From assembly GCF_009914755.1 (NCBI RefSeq), contig NC_060936.1: DNA of 64,000 nucleotides; one strand, 5' to 3'. Shown here one piece after another: positions 58,412 to 64,000 of this stretch (position 1 is the stretch's first letter; every line of letters starts with the position of its first letter). Source of the DNA: the human T2T-CHM13v2.0 reference genome, Homo sapiens. A program made the translations under genes and the position numbers. The notes beneath the pieces were generated by a model, which did not search any database, was not told the DNA's origin, and saw nothing but the letters and a program-made list of their open reading frames with translations.

Positions 58412-58543
58412 GAGGAGGACGTCCTCCGGTATCATGTGGTCCTGGAGGAGAAACTCCTGAAGAATGACCTGCACAATGGCATGCATCGTGAGACCATGCT
58501 GGGTTTCTCCTATTTCCTTAGCTTCTTTCTCCACAATGACCAG
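58412..58543 (+). CDS. STAB2: STAB2 exon Y (132 nt): [44 protein letters not shown]
   Basis: atccag| acceptor, CAG|gtacga donor; phase 0-0. Confidence 0.95.
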
Positions 58544-58644
58544 GTACGATCCTTTTATGTAAAACCCCAGCAATGCCACCGAGAATTACATCAGGGAGAG
58601 TATGAGGAATGAGTGTCTTGGCTCCTGTCATCCTTCATCACTTC

Positions 58645-58987
58645 TGTATTAGTCAGTTTTCACACTGCTGATAAAGACATAGCCAAGACTGGAAAGAAAA
58701 AGAGGTTTAACAGACTCAGTTCCCCGTGGCTGGGGAGGCCTCACAATCATAGTGGAAGGCAAGGAGGCACAAGTCACGTCTTTCATGGATGGCAGCAGGC
58801 AAAAAGACAGCTCGTGCAGGAAACTCCCCCTTATGAAACCATCAGATCTCATGAGACTTATTCACTATCACGAGAACAGCATGAGAAAGACCTGCCCCCA
58901 TGATTAAATTACCTCCTACCAGGTCCCTCCCACAACACGTGGGAATTCAGGATGAGATTTGGGTGTGGGCACAGCCAAACCATGTCA
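58645..58987 (-). mobile_element. THE1-family MaLR solo LTR
   Basis: tgtattagtcagttttcacactgctgataaagacat...gatgagatttgggtg...cagccaaaccatgtca; 5-bp TSD acttc at 58640-58644 and 58988-58992. Confidence 0.92.
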
Positions 58988-60160
58988 ACTTCCATATTGG
59001 GATCATCTCACCAGTGCTTCCTAAGCCTTACCAACACAAAACGGTTGTCTGTGTTTCACCATAAAGTAAAGCCTAAACCAGACTGTCAAGCTCCCACTCT
59101 CCTGCCCAGTTGCCAGCCTTCAGATGATCAGTGTAGCCTTACAAATTGTGGCATTGAATCTCTGCAGTCATAGGCGTCCTTCAGCGCTGGTACAACAAAC
59201 CCAACAGATGGCCCCCAAGCCGTGCCTAGGATGGGAGGGAACCTGGGAGATCAACCTAATTCCCAGGAAGTGGTGTGGGCTCCAGGGCATAAGAGCCCCA
59301 TGACATACACAGGAGCCAGCAGCCAAGTGTATTAATGTTATTATCATTGTATAACCATAGAGATAGATTGCAGTCCTAGGACTAACCGACCACCACACTG
59401 GTATTCTAGTGTTCATCTCACATGATACCTAAATATTTAAACGTGTTTACAATTCATAGAAAAGAATTCATGAGGCTCAATATTTAATATATTTCAGTTA
59501 TAAAATTCTATTCACATATTTCAAATATCAAGTAAAAAGATCAGTTTGAAATTCAATAAGAAACTCATAATTTTAATGTAAATTATCACAAGAAAAATTA
59601 AAACAAATTATTTAAGAGACACTAAACACTATATTGAAATGAAGGTTTAATCACAGAACTTTTTAAGCGACAATATTTGAACCTTTCTAAAAAGTATAAT
59701 TTTAAAAACAATTTCTTCAGTGGTGTCACTACTGAATAACAAGTAAATTTTTATGTAAAATGGTTTTTATCTGCTTATGGGGAAAAAAGTCTTTCTGACT
59801 CTTGATTGATTAAAGAATAATCTAACTTCAAATATTTTTCTCAGACTCCTACAGATAAGTCTACCTATTGTGTAATAACTTGGAAGAGGCCCTTTTAAAT
59901 ATACTTTTTATTTTTCCAGGATTGGTAATTATGGTATTGACAGAGCTTCGTTTTTGCTTCTGTATGTGTTTGTCACCTTTTATTTCATCATGTAGAGATT
60001 AATGCCCAATGCAGTTAGCTGAATCAATTTTAGAGCTGCAGCGTTCATTTTTCCATGTGTGCAGAAATTCTTTTATCTAGAGAAAGAATTCATACAATAG
60101 AGGCTTTTATTGATAATTTACTTTCTCTTATGACAATGGAAGTATAGAGAAATGCTTTCT

Positions 60161-60805
60161 TTTTTTTAATTATTATTATACTTTAAGTTTTAGGGTACAT
60201 GTGCACAATGTGCAGGTTAGTTACATATGTATACATGTGCCATGCTGGTGCGCTGCACCCACTAACTCGTCATCTAGCATTAGGTATATCTCCCAATGCT
60301 ATCCCTCCCCCCTCCCCCCTGCCCCCACCCCACAACAGTCCCCAGAGTGTGATGTTCCCCTTCCTGTGTCCATGTGTTCTCATTGTTCAATTCCCACCTA
60401 TGAGTGAAAATATGCGGTGTTTGGTTTTTTGTTCTTGCGATAGTTTACTGACAATGATGATTTCCAATTTCATCCATGTCCCTACAAAGGACATGAACTC
60501 ATCATTTTTTATGGCTGCATAGTATTCCATGGTGTATATGTGCCACATTTTCTTAATCCAGTCTATCATTGTTGGACATTTGGGTTGGTTCCAAGTCTTT
60601 GCTATTGTGAATAATGCTGCAATAAACATACGTGTGCATATGTCTTTAGAGCAGCATGATTTATAGTCCTTTGGGTATATACCCAGTAATGGGATGGCTG
60701 GGTCAAATGGTATTTCTAGTTCTAGATCCCTGAGGAAACGCCACACTGACTTCCACAATGGTTGAACTAGTTTACAGTCCCACCAACAGTGTAAAAGTGT
60801 TCCTA
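60161..60805 (-). mobile_element. Young L1PA (L1PA2/3-like) 5'-truncated copy: ORF2 C-terminus + 3'UTR
   Basis: ORF 60387-60758 is the L1 ORF2p C-terminus; 3'UTR has GAG rather than ACA/ACG at the L1HS diagnostic; 15-bp TSD agagaaatgctttct at 60146-60160 and 60806-60820. Confidence 0.95.
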
Positions 60806-61290
60806 AGAGAAATGCTTTCTAAATGAGTAGACACAGTCAAGTCAAAATTTCAATGTGATCCATAATTCTCTGAATATACCTCAGAATGGAAATAATTTAG
60901 ACTTTTTTAAATGCCAAATCAACAGTATTACAATATCAAATGTTCTTCTATTTTTAGTATTTAAAAATAGCTCAACATCTTAGAATTCTGGAAATTTATT
61001 ACAATCACCATTTGAGACTAAGGTTTCCTCTTAATTTTCCAAATGTACACAGACCTTGGAACACCTCTGTGGAGTTCAGCCAGACTTATCCCAACATCCA
61101 AATGGAAGCTCATTTGACTGCAAGTAAATCATAAGGACTTTAACATTCAGTGGAAGTTTGAATTAAGCACTTAGTAGGGTCATTTTAATATTGCTGTAAC
61201 ATGGATTTCTGGGATAATATATGAATTTAAGAATTTTAAACCATTGTTGGATCCTAACTTGAGTTTTCCCCTCTCCCAACTTCAGCCCTG

Positions 61291-61292
<2 letters not shown>

Positions 61293-61337
<45 letters not shown>
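61293..61337. repeat. (CA)n microsatellite, about 22 units
   Basis: Seen directly. Confidence 0.97.
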
Positions 61338-61340
<3 letters not shown>

Positions 61341-61613
61341 CACCCCAATTTTTCAAAGAATGATTTGCTTCCAGTTATATATGTGTTATATTAATGAATG
61401 AATCCATGGCTTCATTTATTTTTCATTGATTACTCATTAAAGTGTTCTTCCCTAAAAAAAAAAAAAAAATCAAAACAAATTGCAACTCAAAGTTGAATTT
61501 GACTTGGCGGCATTTAGATACAGACTTCATACCCATGCCTTGGTTGTTTATGGACACGCTAAACAAGGACAGATATAAATATACCATTTTTTAAAAAATT
61601 ATCAGTTATTTTT

Positions 61614-61912
<299 letters not shown>

Positions 61913-62461
61913 TATCAGTTATTTTTATTCTTGTATAACCATCATTAGCCTTTCTGAGGGTTGTTTGCACATTAACCATGAAGCGGAGACATACTGAAAG
62001 GAACAGTTGCATTCTTCGATTCTTGGTTATGGAAGGCACTACCACCTCCAGAACCACTGGTCTACAGCACAACTGAGCAAGTCCATGGAGCCGTCTTGCC
62101 GGTGGGCACTAACATAATGATCATGGGTGGTATTTTTCAAACAAACATAAGCCAATTAATTTGCTTCATGGAAGATACCTAGAAATTATGTAGAACAACT
62201 TCTTCCTTTTACAAAAGAGAAAATTAAAGTTCAGAAGAGGAAAGCAATTGGCCTAAGGTCACACAGCTAGATGGCGCCAGGACTGTTATTCAGACTTCCG
62301 CTCCTAAGTCAGAGCTCTTTCCAATACAAGTGACTATTATATCTCCAGGTGAATATTGTAATATCTCCTAGGCAATTGTCCTATTGCTAACCTCCACTTC
62401 CTATCTTTTCCATATCTCTTTAAATGTCATAAAAAGTGACATTTAACCCTGTTGTTCACAG

Positions 62462-62590
62462 CTCTATGTAAATGAGGCTCCAATAAACTACACCAATGTA
62501 GCCACTGATAAGGGAGTGATCCATGGCTTGGGAAAAGTTCTGGAAATTCAGAAGAACAGATGTGATAATAATGACACTACTATTATACGA
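62462..62590 (+). CDS. STAB2: STAB2 exon Z (129 nt): [43 protein letters not shown]; FAS1-4 end
   Basis: tcacag| acceptor, CGA|gtaagt donor; phase 0-0. Confidence 0.95.
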
Positions 62591-63871
62591 GTAAGTTCTA
62601 TGGGCCAGAGCCAGTGATGGAACTAATGAATATTGGCTTTTTTTTATATAATTTTGGGGGCATAAGGCTTTTCTATTAAGGTGTATCAATTCAGTCCATA
62701 AACCACTGAATGAGTATCTTTGATGTGCCAAGGAGCATACCAGGCTGTGGTTCTACAAAGATACATAAGACATGACCCCTGCCCTCAGTGGGCTTGTGAT
62801 CTAGTGCAAGAGGTTGTACCTTGTGTGCCTGGGAAAGGCTGCCAGGTGTGTGGGGATGGTGGGGGGGAGTGGTGTGCTGTGTTGGGCAGGATTTTGGACC
62901 ATGGCTTTCTTCAAAGGGAAAATGTGCCATATCTAGGACAGGCACAGGGTAGGAACCATGGTGCCCCTATGGCAGTTATGGGCCAAGCCTGCTCTACCAG
63001 TAGAGAAAATAAGGAAATGAATGATTTCAGTGTATTATGGAATATGATAATGGAGGCTTTTCATGCCAATTCATGGGGCTATGTAGGACCTTTCAACAAT
63101 AATTATAACCACTGACGTTTATCGGACACTCGTTATATGCCGGGCACTGCTCTAAACATTTTACATGCACTAACCTGTGTAATCCTCACAATACTCTACC
63201 AAGTAGGTACTATTACTATCCCCATTTTACAGATGGGAAAAGTGAGCCAGAGAGGTTAACTAATACATGCAGGTTCATACACTACCAAGTGGCAGAGAAG
63301 GGGTTTAAATGTAGGCAGCCTGGCCCAGAACTGGAACCCTGAACAACCACATTATCCTGTCTGGTAGGCTTAAGGTTCAGAACTAGACACATTGACCACC
63401 TCCTGTTTTAGGAACAGGTTGAGCTTGAGGGTTTCTGTCATTGTGAACTTTTACTCTTTGTTTTGTAATAGCATGTATTATCTCTGGGGCATCTCCATGC
63501 TGAACCCCTCATCTTAGCAATGTGCTCCGAAGCTGGGCACTGGGTACAGTAACTTGTGAGTTTCTGAATCTGGCCCAATTCACTTAATAGTTGGTTTTTA
63601 ATAAATAAAAGTTATTGTTAAAGAATTTGGACTTAAATGAGATAAGGTCACACTTTAAAGAGTTAGCAGAGTCAGAAGAGTGTTTTGGAGAAAAGTGATG
63701 CAAATGTGCAAGACCCAGAGGAGTTGAAGTGTTTGTCTCAGAACATTAAAGAGGCTGCCCAGATAATCTGCCTTGATTTTTAATTCAAAAACCTTCATTT
63801 CCAAGTTCTGGACATGCAGCTTCATTTTGTATTAAAGTTAATTACATTGATTGCTTTTGTGTTTTACCAAG

Positions 63872-63928
63872 GGAAGATGTAGGACATGCTCCTCAGAGCT
63901 GACCTGCCCATTCGGAACTAAATCTCTA
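63872..63928 (+). CDS. STAB2: STAB2 exon AA (57 nt): [19 protein letters not shown]
   Basis: accaag| acceptor, CTA|gtaagt donor; phase 0-0; homologous to exon J. Confidence 0.92.
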
Positions 63929-64000
63929 GTAAGTACTTTGTCTGTTTTGATAAAATAGTTTCCAGATCCGAGGAGTCCCAATTAGAAAATGAACCTCAAG

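Noticed and set aside
58409-58417. Tandem acceptor cag|GAG|GAG at exon Y (also cag|GGACAG at exon I and cag|GCAG at exon P)
   Set aside because: GAG acceptors are rarely used and the proximal CAG should dominate; no evidence from sequence alone
60387-60758. 123-aa ORF with real protein-like sequence
   Set aside because: It is the C-terminus of L1 ORF2p in a 645-nt truncated copy with no promoter; not a gene

Overview
Human (primate) genomic DNA from the middle of the STAB2 gene (stabilin-2 / HARE / FEEL-2, a scavenger receptor) on the + strand. I could splice 27 consecutive coding exons (7997..63928, 2860 nt = 1 nt + 953 codons) into one open frame. It encodes the end of an EGF cluster, FAS1 domains 1-2, a Cys-rich linker, a second EGF-like cluster, FAS1 domains 3-4 and the start of the next Cys-rich linker. 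From recalled numbering this is roughly residues 347-1300 and exons 10-36; that numbering cannot be verified here. The gene starts upstream and ends downstream of the window. The introns are dense in repeats: a 5'-truncated sense SVA, two young AluYb copies, many older Alus, L1 3' fragments, MaLR LTRs, MITEs, L2/MIR and simple repeats. Nearly all ORFs in the supplied track are spurious or repeat-derived. I find no new multi-gene system. The most unusual signals are: (1) a GC-AG intron with a weak donor closing the exon that should encode the 190-kDa HARE N-terminus; (2) an AATAAA|GTAG junction where polyA signal, splice donor and stop codon overlap; (3) a 28/29-nt copy of exon sequence in a downstream intron; (4) two more local direct duplications; (5) an inverted Alu pair with signs of gene conversion; (6) a three-arm alternative hairpin carrying an AP-1/ARE motif next to a donor site.
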